Source: a virus
Strand: one strand, 5' to 3'
Virus record (IMG/VR): IMGVR_UViG_3300006224_000007
Span: 1-64,000 of that record
Length of the DNA: 64,000 bases
Of the stretch, positions 19,345-27,963 are shown piece by piece (position 1 is the first letter of the stretch; each line of letters opens with the position of its first letter). A program made the position numbers and the translations under genes. The notes beneath the pieces are model-generated. The model did no database searches and was not told the origin of the DNA. It saw only the letters and a program-made list of their open reading frames with translations.

Positions 19345-19722
19345 GTGAATGATAAATATTGTCCAATGTGTAAACAAAATTTGCCAAGGACAGAGTTTCA
19401 TAAAAACTCTAGAACAAATGATGGCTTACATGGATTCTGTAAAAAATGTAGAAGCAATAAATATTATAAAAATGGTCCAGTTAAAAAGATAACACCTTAT
19501 TCTAAGGAGGAACTTCTTTCTAGACCTATAGAACATATGTTGGAAATTTTTACAAATAAACAATTAGCAAAAATATGGGGAGTATGTGAGAATGAGGCAT
19601 CAGATATACGTTGCTCTCCGTGGATTACAAGAGATGATTGGAAGCATGACTTATTTGCTGGTGAACCTAAGTTGAATAGATTAAAAAGAGTTCAACTTAT
19701 GGAGTTCATAGAGAAAATGTAA
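19345..19722 (+). CDS. Zinc-ribbon protein with possible HTH
   Basis: CPMC...EF....DGL...CKKC. Confidence 0.6.
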   Translation: MNDKYCPMCKQNLPRTEFHKNSRTNDGLHGFCKKCRSNKYYKNGPVKKITPYSKEELLSRPIEHMLEIFTNKQLAKIWGVCENEASDIRCSPWITRDDWKHDLFAGEPKLNRLKRVQLMEFIEKM

Positions 19723-19757
19723 TTCTAAAGAGGGGAGAATTATAGAAAGCAAGCTTT

Positions 19758-19915
19758 TTAGCCAGCTTTAAAGAGAGCAAGTGGTTAAGGGGCAACTGGT
19801 TAGAGAATATAGCAACGGAATGGTTGCAGACTAACAGCTAGTTAAATGGGGAGTCTGGAAAATTGTAATGGGATTAGGTTTCTCATACTCTGTCGAAACA
19901 GGCTCCCCATTTTTA
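19758..19915 (+). ncRNA. Candidate structured intergenic RNA
   Basis: Three consecutive stem-loop domains with G-U pairs, ending in a U tract; no family recognised. Confidence 0.4.
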
Positions 19916-19929
19916 TTCAAGAAGGAAAA

Positions 19930-20553
19930 ATGAAATATATAAGTCTAGTAATATTACTCTTAATGTTTTTAGTTGGCTGCGATGGAGAAACTACAACTTC
20001 CATTGATACCAATACGACAGATACATTGTACACTACAACAGTTTCAGAAAGCACTACAGAACATGGAAGCACTACTACAGAAAATGGTACGACAACCAGT
20101 AGTGCTGCAACCACAACTACTGAATATTTATCTACTACAACTACAAACGGTGAAACAACAACTACAGTTACTAATCCCAGTTTTTGGCGAGAAGAATGGC
20201 CTGATATAAGTGAAGGATTAGTTGCTAATGTACAGCATTTTGGTGCTATTCCAAACGATGATGGAGAAGATGGTTGGGCGATTCAAAACGCTATTGATTT
20301 TGCGGCGGGAGAAAAAACTCTAGCTCAAGTTGCTCCAAAGGATATGCCTGAAACATGGAGAACTTATTACCAATTTTGGGAAGATGCTAAGACAGCACAA
20401 GTAACTGGAGATTGGTCTGTTCTTGATAAATACTATCTTCCTTTGGAAACGGTTGACAAACAAAGTTATGCTAGTATAATAATTGTTGGAATTGTTCTAG
20501 CTCTGGCTTTGATAATTGGTACTATATATATGTCTCTTAGGAGAGAAAAATGA
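19930..20553 (+). CDS. Thr-rich lipoprotein with C-terminal TM
   Basis: SD GAAGGA; lipobox LVGC; Thr-rich linker; NVQHFGAIPNDDGEDGWAIQNAID; C-terminal hydrophobic helix + RREK. Confidence 0.7.
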   Translation: MKYISLVILLLMFLVGCDGETTTSIDTNTTDTLYTTTVSESTTEHGSTTTENGTTTSSAATTTTEYLSTTTTNGETTTTVTNPSFWREEWPDISEGLVANVQHFGAIPNDDGEDGWAIQNAIDFAAGEKTLAQVAPKDMPETWRTYYQFWEDAKTAQVTGDWSVLDKYYLPLETVDKQSYASIIIVGIVLALALIIGTIYMSLRREK

Positions 20554-20831
20554 ATGACTGGCAATTGATAGGACATTGTGGTGTTGATAGTGGTCAGATT
20601 ATTTTGGTAGACCCATGCTATGTAATTCCTGACCGCGATGAAAATCCTCCTAAAGTAGTCTATGAGGATATTCTTGAAACGTGGGATTATAACCAAAGAC
20701 CACCGCAGAGGCATATCCCATTTGAAATGGGAGTTGTTGTGGAGTCTGGATATGGTGATGGTTATTATCCTGTTTATGCTAAGTTTAATAGTGAGGGTAG
20801 ACTTGTTCAGGCCATGATTGATTTTAATTAA
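20550..20831 (+). CDS. DUF4241-like hypothetical protein
   Basis: GVDSGQ..DPCY and SGYGDGYYPVY motifs. Confidence 0.5.
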   Translation: MNDWQLIGHCGVDSGQIILVDPCYVIPDRDENPPKVVYEDILETWDYNQRPPQRHIPFEMGVVVESGYGDGYYPVYAKFNSEGRLVQAMIDFN

Positions 20832-20841
20832 TAGGAGGTAA

Positions 20842-21906
20842 ATGTTGGATTACAAATTAAGTGTTGAATCTTTAAATGAGTTACAGGAACAGGATTTAGA
20901 TTTTAAAATCATGTACTCACTAGATAGAATTGCAGAATGGTATCGTCATTATGATGGAAAAACCTATGTAGCCTTTTCTGGTGGTAAAGATAGTACTGTT
21001 CTTCTTCATTTAGTGAGACAGATATATCCAGATACTCCTGCTATTTTTAATAATTCTGGAATGGAATATCCTGAAATAAGACAGTTTGTAAAAGAAACAG
21101 ACAATGTAACTTGGCTTAAACCAAAAATGAACTTTAAACAAGTTATTGAAAAATATGGTTGGCCTGTTATTAGTAAGCATCAAGCTGATTCTATAGCACA
21201 GGCACGAAGATTCAAAGCAGCAGGAAACCTTGAAGGCTTTCAAAGAAAGCTAAAACCTGGACCATATTCAGTAAATAAACGTTGGCAATTTTTAATAGAT
21301 GCGCCTTTTAAAATTTCAGGTAGATGCTGTGAATACTTAAAAAAGGAGCCAGCTTCTACTTATGTGAGAGCTACTGGAAGACAGGGATATTTAGGATTTT
21401 TAGGCTCAGAAAGTTGGATGCGAAGAGGGTTAGCATTAAGATATGGTTGTAATGCTTACGAATTAAAAACTCCAGTTTCTAGGCCACTCTTCATTTGGAA
21501 AGAGCAAGATATTTGGGATTATCTAAATGCTTTTAATGTTCCATATAGTCCAATATATGATATGGGTTATACACGAACTGGTTGCATGTTTTGTATGTTT
21601 GGTCTTCATATGGGAAGAATGCACGGCGAAGATAAATTTGAAATGATGAAAGAAACCCATCCAAAATATTATTCTTATTGTATGAATAAGCTTGGGTGTG
21701 GGGAAATTATAGATTATATTATTCAACGGTCTGGAGAGCTTCCTCCAACTGAAAAAATATGTAATGCGTGTAAAAGAACTCTTCCTGCAAGCACAGAATT
21801 TTTTGCTCCTAGAAATAATACCAGACTTGGATTGCAACCTTTGTGTAGAGAATGCTTTAATAAAAGAAGACGAGAAAAATATTATGAGAAAGAAGCTGGA
21901 GTATGA
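20842..21906 (+). CDS. PAPS reductase family (PP-loop) protein with C-terminal zinc ribbon
   Basis: FSGGKDS, CC..LKK.P, RTGCMFC; C-terminal CNAC...CREC. Confidence 0.85.
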   Translation: MLDYKLSVESLNELQEQDLDFKIMYSLDRIAEWYRHYDGKTYVAFSGGKDSTVLLHLVRQIYPDTPAIFNNSGMEYPEIRQFVKETDNVTWLKPKMNFKQVIEKYGWPVISKHQADSIAQARRFKAAGNLEGFQRKLKPGPYSVNKRWQFLIDAPFKISGRCCEYLKKEPASTYVRATGRQGYLGFLGSESWMRRGLALRYGCNAYELKTPVSRPLFIWKEQDIWDYLNAFNVPYSPIYDMGYTRTGCMFCMFGLHMGRMHGEDKFEMMKETHPKYYSYCMNKLGCGEIIDYIIQRSGELPPTEKICNACKRTLPASTEFFAPRNNTRLGLQPLCRECFNKRRREKYYEKEAGV

Positions 21907-22331
21907 ATATTTATCTAGTAAAAAGAGTTGATAAACCGTGGTATGATGAAACTCATGGCATGGTAGTAATAGCTAAAACTTTTACTGAAGCAGAGAAATT
22001 TGCCGTTAATGATATCAATGACTATGATGGTCATAGAAGAGAAATCACATCTGCTGATATTTATATCCATCACATAGGTAAAACCGTAGAGGGATATGTT
22101 TATGATGTTCCTCATGTTGTATTGAGAGATTTCCATGCTGGGTAATATAATTAAAATAGATTTAAAAGATGGAACGGGAATAGAACTTCGTATAAGTTTA
22201 GGCTTTGAAGTTCACGCTACGTCTACTGGAGTTTATATCATCTATAGATATAATGTGTCAAAAACATCTCAAATAGCTTATATTCCTTACAAAGCTATTT
22301 TGAATTTTAAAGTTGTAGAAGAGGTTTATGA

Positions 22332-22991
22332 ATGAAAGTTATAATGAAAGCAAGAGTTGGCTCTCATCTTTATGGTCTTAACACAGAACATTCTGACGAA
22401 GATTTTCTTGGAGTCTTCATAAGACCTACAAGAGAAGTTCTTAGTTTCTTTCACAATGAAGAAACTTATGTCACTAAAGAGCCTGATACTACACTTCATG
22501 AATTGAAGAAGTTTATGTACTTAGCTGCTAAAGGAAATCCTACTATACTTGAGCTTTTATTTGTGCCAGAGTATGAAGTGTTAGAATATGAAGGACACAT
22601 GCTTTTAGATTATAGAGATTGCTTTTTAAGTAATCATATAAGAGATTCCTTTGGTGGCTATGCTTATCAACAGGCTAAAAAGCTTCAGCAAAGAGAGGCA
22701 GAAGGATTAGAGGGATTCAATCCCGCAGTAAAGAATCGGTATGCTAAACATGCTCGTCATTGTTTTAGGCTGCTTAGACAAGGTAAAGAGCTTCTGGAAA
22801 TGGGTTGGCTTAATCCTAAGTTATCTAATCCAGAAGAGTATTTTGCTATAGGTGAACTGCCAACAGCCGAATTGGTAGCTAAATTTGTAGACGAATATGA
22901 TGCCTTTCTTCAAGCTAAGTCTGTACTTCCAGATGAACCCGATTGGGAACAACTTGATAATCTATTATTGTTACTAAGAGTAGGGATATAG
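22332..22991 (+). CDS. Pol-beta superfamily nucleotidyltransferase (RlaP/Nuc-transf-like)
   Basis: GSHLYGLNTEHSDED motif, GNPTILELL, KHARH..RLL. Confidence 0.8.
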   Translation: MKVIMKARVGSHLYGLNTEHSDEDFLGVFIRPTREVLSFFHNEETYVTKEPDTTLHELKKFMYLAAKGNPTILELLFVPEYEVLEYEGHMLLDYRDCFLSNHIRDSFGGYAYQQAKKLQQREAEGLEGFNPAVKNRYAKHARHCFRLLRQGKELLEMGWLNPKLSNPEEYFAIGELPTAELVAKFVDEYDAFLQAKSVLPDEPDWEQLDNLLLLLRVGI

Positions 22992-22992
22992 A

Positions 22993-24156
22993 ATGAAAGT
23001 AATAGCAACTGAGAAATTACCTATCAAGTTATGGTTGGAAGACATAGAGGATGGTGCTTTGGAACAGGCCAAACATCTTGCTAATCTTCCTTTCATACAT
23101 AAGCATGTAGCAATCATGCCTGATTCTCATGAAGGATATGGAATGCCTATTGGTGGAGTATTAGCTACCAAAGGTGTAGTAATTCCTAATGCGGTTGGTG
23201 TAGATATTGGTTGTGGAATGTGTGCTGTAAAAACTGACCAATACCAACACTGGATTCAACCCGAACAGTACAAACAAATAATGGGTAGAATTCGGGAAGA
23301 GATTCCTGTAGGATTTTCTCACCAGGAAACTGCTCAACAAATTCGTGATTTGCCTGATGGTGTAGAAGAAGACTATGTTATTGCAAGACAATATCTTGCA
23401 GCCCAAAAACAAATTGGAACTCTTGGTGGTGGAAACCATTTTATTGAGATTCAGTATGATGAAAAAGGCATGGTCTGGATAATGGTTCATTCTGGTTCTA
23501 GAAATCTTGGCAAGCAAGTTGCTGATGTGTATAATAAATGGGCGGTTCATTTGAATGAGCGTTGGCATTCTCAGGTTCCTAAAGAATGGCAGCTTGCTTT
23601 TCTTCCTATTGAAGAAGAAGTAGCCAAGAGATACATCATTGAAATGCAATACTGTGTAGATTTTGCCTTAGATAATAGATTAAATATGATGAACAAAATC
23701 CAGGATATCTTTGCAGAAGTTCTTGGTGTAGTTGGCTATGGTGATATAATTAACATAGCTCATAACTATGCTGTTTGGGAAAACCATTTTGGACAGAATG
23801 TTATTGTTCATAGAAAAGGTGCTACTCGCGCTAGAACAGGAGAGATAGGAATAATTCCTGGTAGCATGGGTACTTCGTCTTATATTGTGGAAGGATTAGG
23901 AAATGCTGAATCGTTTACGTCTTGCTCTCATGGTGCGGGTAGGAGAATGGGTAGAAAAGAAGCTACAAAAAGACTGGACCTTAGTACAGAAATCGGAAAC
24001 ATGGACGCAAAAGGAATCATACATGGTCTTAGAAATCAATCAGACTTGGATGAAGCGCCAGGAGCTTACAAAGATATAGATGAAGTGATGGAAAATCAAA
24101 AAGACCTTGTTAAGATTCTTGTTAAATTACAACCATTGGCGGTAATAAAGGGATGA
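22993..24156 (+). CDS. rtcB: RtcB RNA ligase
   Basis: MPDSH.GYGMPIG, VGVDIGCG, GTLGGGNHF, HSGSR, HRKGAT, SHGAGR, DEAPGAYK. Confidence 0.95.
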   Translation: MKVIATEKLPIKLWLEDIEDGALEQAKHLANLPFIHKHVAIMPDSHEGYGMPIGGVLATKGVVIPNAVGVDIGCGMCAVKTDQYQHWIQPEQYKQIMGRIREEIPVGFSHQETAQQIRDLPDGVEEDYVIARQYLAAQKQIGTLGGGNHFIEIQYDEKGMVWIMVHSGSRNLGKQVADVYNKWAVHLNERWHSQVPKEWQLAFLPIEEEVAKRYIIEMQYCVDFALDNRLNMMNKIQDIFAEVLGVVGYGDIINIAHNYAVWENHFGQNVIVHRKGATRARTGEIGIIPGSMGTSSYIVEGLGNAESFTSCSHGAGRRMGRKEATKRLDLSTEIGNMDAKGIIHGLRNQSDLDEAPGAYKDIDEVMENQKDLVKILVKLQPLAVIKG

Positions 24157-24623
24157 AAAAGTCTCCGAAGATAAGAGTTACTAGAACTATTGATGAAGAT
24201 ATTAAATGGGAATTAGATGGTAGTTTAGAGAATGCCATTAAAACTCTTCAAACTTATTATGATAATCATAAAGATGATTTTGAAAATCTCTATCTAGAAA
24301 TAGATACTTATTATGATTATGGTGATTCTTATGCTAAAGTTTCTCTCATTGGTAGTAGACCAGAAACAGATGAAGAGTATGAAAAAAGAATAAGAATTGA
24401 TATGGAATATAAAGAAAGAAAAGTAGCAGAAGAGAAAAAACAATATGAGCAGCTTAAAAAGAAATATGAGCCGTAAAAATGTTATGTCCTGAGTGTGGTG
24501 GAGATAGAGTTCATAAAATCCAGGATAAGTCTGGAGAGAAGATTAAGCAAAAACGGTCTACTTTAATGATGTGTTCAGATTGTGGTTATACATTTAGACT
24601 AGTAGTAGTTGGAAAGGGTAAAG

Positions 24624-25223
24624 ATGGAAGTCAAGCCTCTGATAGATGAAGAAGAGCCTAAAACTCAAGTGGTTGTCAAAGAGCGCACGAAGCAGTTTTT
24701 ACAATTACCTTTAACTCGCCAGGAAATGATATTGACAGCGGCTATTGGTTATGAGATAATGAATCAGCAGGAGAAACTGCTTAAAGCTCGTAGAGACAAT
24801 GAAATCCGTCCTATTGTTGAAGGTGCCGCAGATGCTTATGGCATAGAAGACCAGAATGGTCATTTGCATTTGGTTATGTCTTCTACCATAGAAGACCAGG
24901 AAGTAAATACTGAAGTAATTAGAACCAAAAGAATCTCTCGCACTTTGAATAGTGTAAAAGCTGAAGCTCTCTTAAAAGAGAAAGGGCTTTATGAATCTTG
25001 CGTAATTCAAGTAATCTCTTGGGAGTTTGATGAAGAAAAGATTATTGAAGCTTATAATGCTGGTATGTTATCAGCGGGTGAGCTTGATGATATTTTCTCT
25101 GAGCGTATTGATTGGGCAACTAAAGTAAATACCGATTTGCCTGAAGTTAAAGAGTTAGAAACGATTCGCAAAGAGATAGAAAAAGCTAAGAAAGGAGAGT
25201 TACCAGAAATTGAGTCAAGTTGA
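24624..25223 (+). CDS. Hypothetical acidic coiled-coil phage protein
   Basis: SD GAAAGGG before ATG 24624; long ORF. Confidence 0.55.
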   Translation: MEVKPLIDEEEPKTQVVVKERTKQFLQLPLTRQEMILTAAIGYEIMNQQEKLLKARRDNEIRPIVEGAADAYGIEDQNGHLHLVMSSTIEDQEVNTEVIRTKRISRTLNSVKAEALLKEKGLYESCVIQVISWEFDEEKIIEAYNAGMLSAGELDDIFSERIDWATKVNTDLPEVKELETIRKEIEKAKKGELPEIESS

Positions 25224-25465
25224 AGCTGAATTTTTACCTAATCATGTTTATAAGATAGCATATAAGCCAGCTAGAAATGCGGGATATCACACTGGTCTTG
25301 ATGTAGAATTAGTCTGTGCTAGTTGTGGTGGAAATCAATGGAGCTATCACATAAGAACTGGTACAGGTAAATTACCAGAAGACCAAATGAAATTAAAATG
25401 CACAGAATGTGGTCAGTGGTTTATCTGTAATAGAAAAGAGATAACTAAAATTCTTGGGCTGTAAA

Positions 25466-25921
25466 ATGCATCTTTATCAAATAAAAGAACATGAAGTTCC
25501 CCTTTATACTCTAAGGTATCTTAAATATATCTTCGGTTCCTCTAGGAGTGCTGTAATTAACAAGGAAGCTAGAGGACATTTACCTCCAGCAAACTTCCGA
25601 AATGAGCAAGGAAACCGCTTGTATTCTATAGAAGACCTTGCTATAATTGACTACATCTATAAAGAGGTTTGGCCTTATAAGCAGGGTATTCAAGTACCTG
25701 AGTGGGTTAAAGAATTGTCTGCCGAAGCCCTTGCACAAAGTAAGAGGGTTGTGGTAGAATATGGCAAGTCCTTGAATGATGACGATTGGAAAGAGCTTCA
25801 TCAGAAGTACAGTCAGTTTAATCGGTTCAGAGTTCAGCTTTATATTGAAAGTTGGAGAAGAAGACTTTTAGACACAAATAAATTTTTTCCAGAACTAGTA
25901 GAGGATGAAAATGAAATTTAG
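25466..25921 (+). CDS. MerR-like HTH DNA-binding protein
   Basis: E.RGHLPPANFR...GNRLYS..D wing motif. Confidence 0.6.
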   Translation: MHLYQIKEHEVPLYTLRYLKYIFGSSRSAVINKEARGHLPPANFRNEQGNRLYSIEDLAIIDYIYKEVWPYKQGIQVPEWVKELSAEALAQSKRVVVEYGKSLNDDDWKELHQKYSQFNRFRVQLYIESWRRRLLDTNKFFPELVEDENEI

Positions 25922-27019
25922 AGTTGGAGATTTAGTTAAAGTAAGAGACGATTTGCCAGAGGATGCTCCAGCATATCAGGACCAGGATTATTTTGATAGC
26001 TTTTATAATACTGAGGACTTGCTCATACAAGTAATAAAACAGGTAAAGGGTGGTAGATTATTAATCCTAGATGAAAAAGATGAATGGGGTTTAATTCCAA
26101 CAGAAATGGAAGTGACAGTAACACTCATAATTACTCCCCGTTTTGAAGAAAAAGAATTGGAGTTAATATGAGCTTTGAAATTGGTGATGATGTAAAAGTA
26201 TTAAACTTTGATGCTCTTCCTCTTCCTAAGAATGAACAAGAGGAATTTAATATGTATATTGGATTAGTAGGAACAGTTGTTGACATAATTGATGATTATG
26301 AATCTGTTACTCCAATTGGAGTAGAGTTTTCAAACTTACACTTTCTGTGGTTTGGGGAAAGCGAGATAGAAAAGGTATGAATCTAGAAGTTGGAGATGTT
26401 GTAAGAGTTAGCAATCCGACTAATTCAATGTTAAAAGAATTTTATTTAGGTGCTTTAGGTATAATCTCTAAGATTGCTAAGAGAAAAAACTATCCAATAG
26501 AAGGTAGGTTTCCAGATGGAGCTAATTATGCATTCAATGAAAAGGAATTGGAGTTTATAGAATGAAGTTTGAACTTGGAGATAAAGTAAAGGTTTTAGAT
26601 GCTTATCCTGGGTCTAGTGTAGCAAACTCTGGAGATATTGGAGTTGTAGTAGATAACACAGGAGCCTATTTTGAATTAGCTTTTCCAGTAAAGGTTACAT
26701 TTAAAAAGGGCGATGAAATATTTAGAGAAGAAGAGTTGGAATTAGTAAAATGAAGGGAAATAATTTTGGTCTTCCGTTTGATTTTGAGCCAAAGTATAAT
26801 TTAGATAGAAACTATCTTACTTGTATTAATCTTTTTAAGCCGGGTGATATAGTGACTGTTGAACGGTCAATAACGGAAGATACAAAAGATTTGATTGGAG
26901 CATCTGGAATATTAGCAGAAACATTTTCAGGAGTTTGTTTGGTAAGATTGTTTGGAAGTAATCGTGCTATTGTGTTTCATAACTCAGAATTGAGGTTTTA
27001 TAATGAAACAAGGATTTAG
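25905..27019 (+). other. Tandem array of five small KOW/SH3-like genes (25905-26171, 26168-26380, 26377-26565, 26562-26753, 26750-27019)
   Basis: Each carries F/L..GD.V.V ... G..G ... F.E.EL; four of the junctions are ATGA overlaps. Confidence 0.7.
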
Positions 27020-27272
27020 TGCAGGTTGTTCTCTTGAAGTCACACTCAAATTTGCAGAGTATGAAAATCTCAAACCAAGTTTTTGGTGTGGTATCTCAGA
27101 AGAGTGGGAAACAGAAGAACCTGTTTCTTATGATAATCTTAAAGTTAAAATTTCTACTGTACAAGATATGTGTAGAACAATTTGTGAAGAAAAGATAGAC
27201 ACAGACATTTACGATGTAAAAACTGTCAAAGTCTTTGAACAAATAAACTACAAAAAGAAAGGAAAATAAATT

Positions 27273-27902
27273 ATGGGTAATTGGTTTAGTAAAGGTTTTG
27301 AGGAAGCGGAAGCGCAGGTAGCAGCAAATACAGGCAATTGGACTAGAGAGTTCTTTCTGAAAAGTAATGAAGAGGCTAAGGGTGTTCGCATCCTAGATGA
27401 AGATTCTACTAATATTCGTGACCATTTTGTAAAAGGCAAGGGTTGGTATACTTGTATTCAAGGTATTGGTGACGAAAATTGTCCGTTGTGTGAGGCTGGA
27501 AACAAAGCTACAAACCACTTCGTTTTCAATGTGTTTGACCCTAGAGAATATACTGACCGTAAGGGTGAAACTCATAAAGACCAAGTTAAAATTTGGAGAG
27601 TAGGTATTACTCTTCTTCGTGTGCTTAATAAAAAGCGTAATAAGTACGGTCCTTATCCTACATGGATTATGGAAGTCAGTAAAATAGGTTCTGGTCAAAG
27701 TACAGCCTGGAATATTGAAATTGAAAAGGCTGAGAAAGAGTTCAAACTTTCTGAAGGTCAAGAATTGTATGACCTAGAAGAAGTTTTAGCTCCTAAGACT
27801 AGAGCAGAATTGTTAGCTGTTCTTAGTGGCGCTCCTACATCTACTTCTGATGATGAAGATGATGGAGACGATGAACCTATCGACTGGAAAAAGAAACTAT
27901 AA
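27273..27902 (+). CDS. Single-stranded DNA-binding protein (gp32-like)
   Basis: H...Y.C......CPLC zinc motif, acidic C-terminal tail, directly upstream of the polymerase. Confidence 0.75.
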   Translation: MGNWFSKGFEEAEAQVAANTGNWTREFFLKSNEEAKGVRILDEDSTNIRDHFVKGKGWYTCIQGIGDENCPLCEAGNKATNHFVFNVFDPREYTDRKGETHKDQVKIWRVGITLLRVLNKKRNKYGPYPTWIMEVSKIGSGQSTAWNIEIEKAEKEFKLSEGQELYDLEEVLAPKTRAELLAVLSGAPTSTSDDEDDGDDEPIDWKKKL

Positions 27903-27908
27903 AGGAAA

Positions 27909-27946
27909 GGGGGAAGCTGATAGCTTGGCTTCCCCCACCTTTTTTT
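27909..27946 (+). terminator. Intrinsic terminator after ssb
   Basis: GGGGGAAGCTGA/TTGGCTTCCCCC stem followed by a T run. Confidence 0.75.
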
Positions 27947-27963
27947 CTCAAAAGAAAAAATAA

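Noticed and set aside
19844-19912. Canonical tRNA or hammerhead ribozyme
   Set aside because: No proper D arm or TTC T-loop and no CUGAnGA core; kept only as an unclassified structured RNA candidate.
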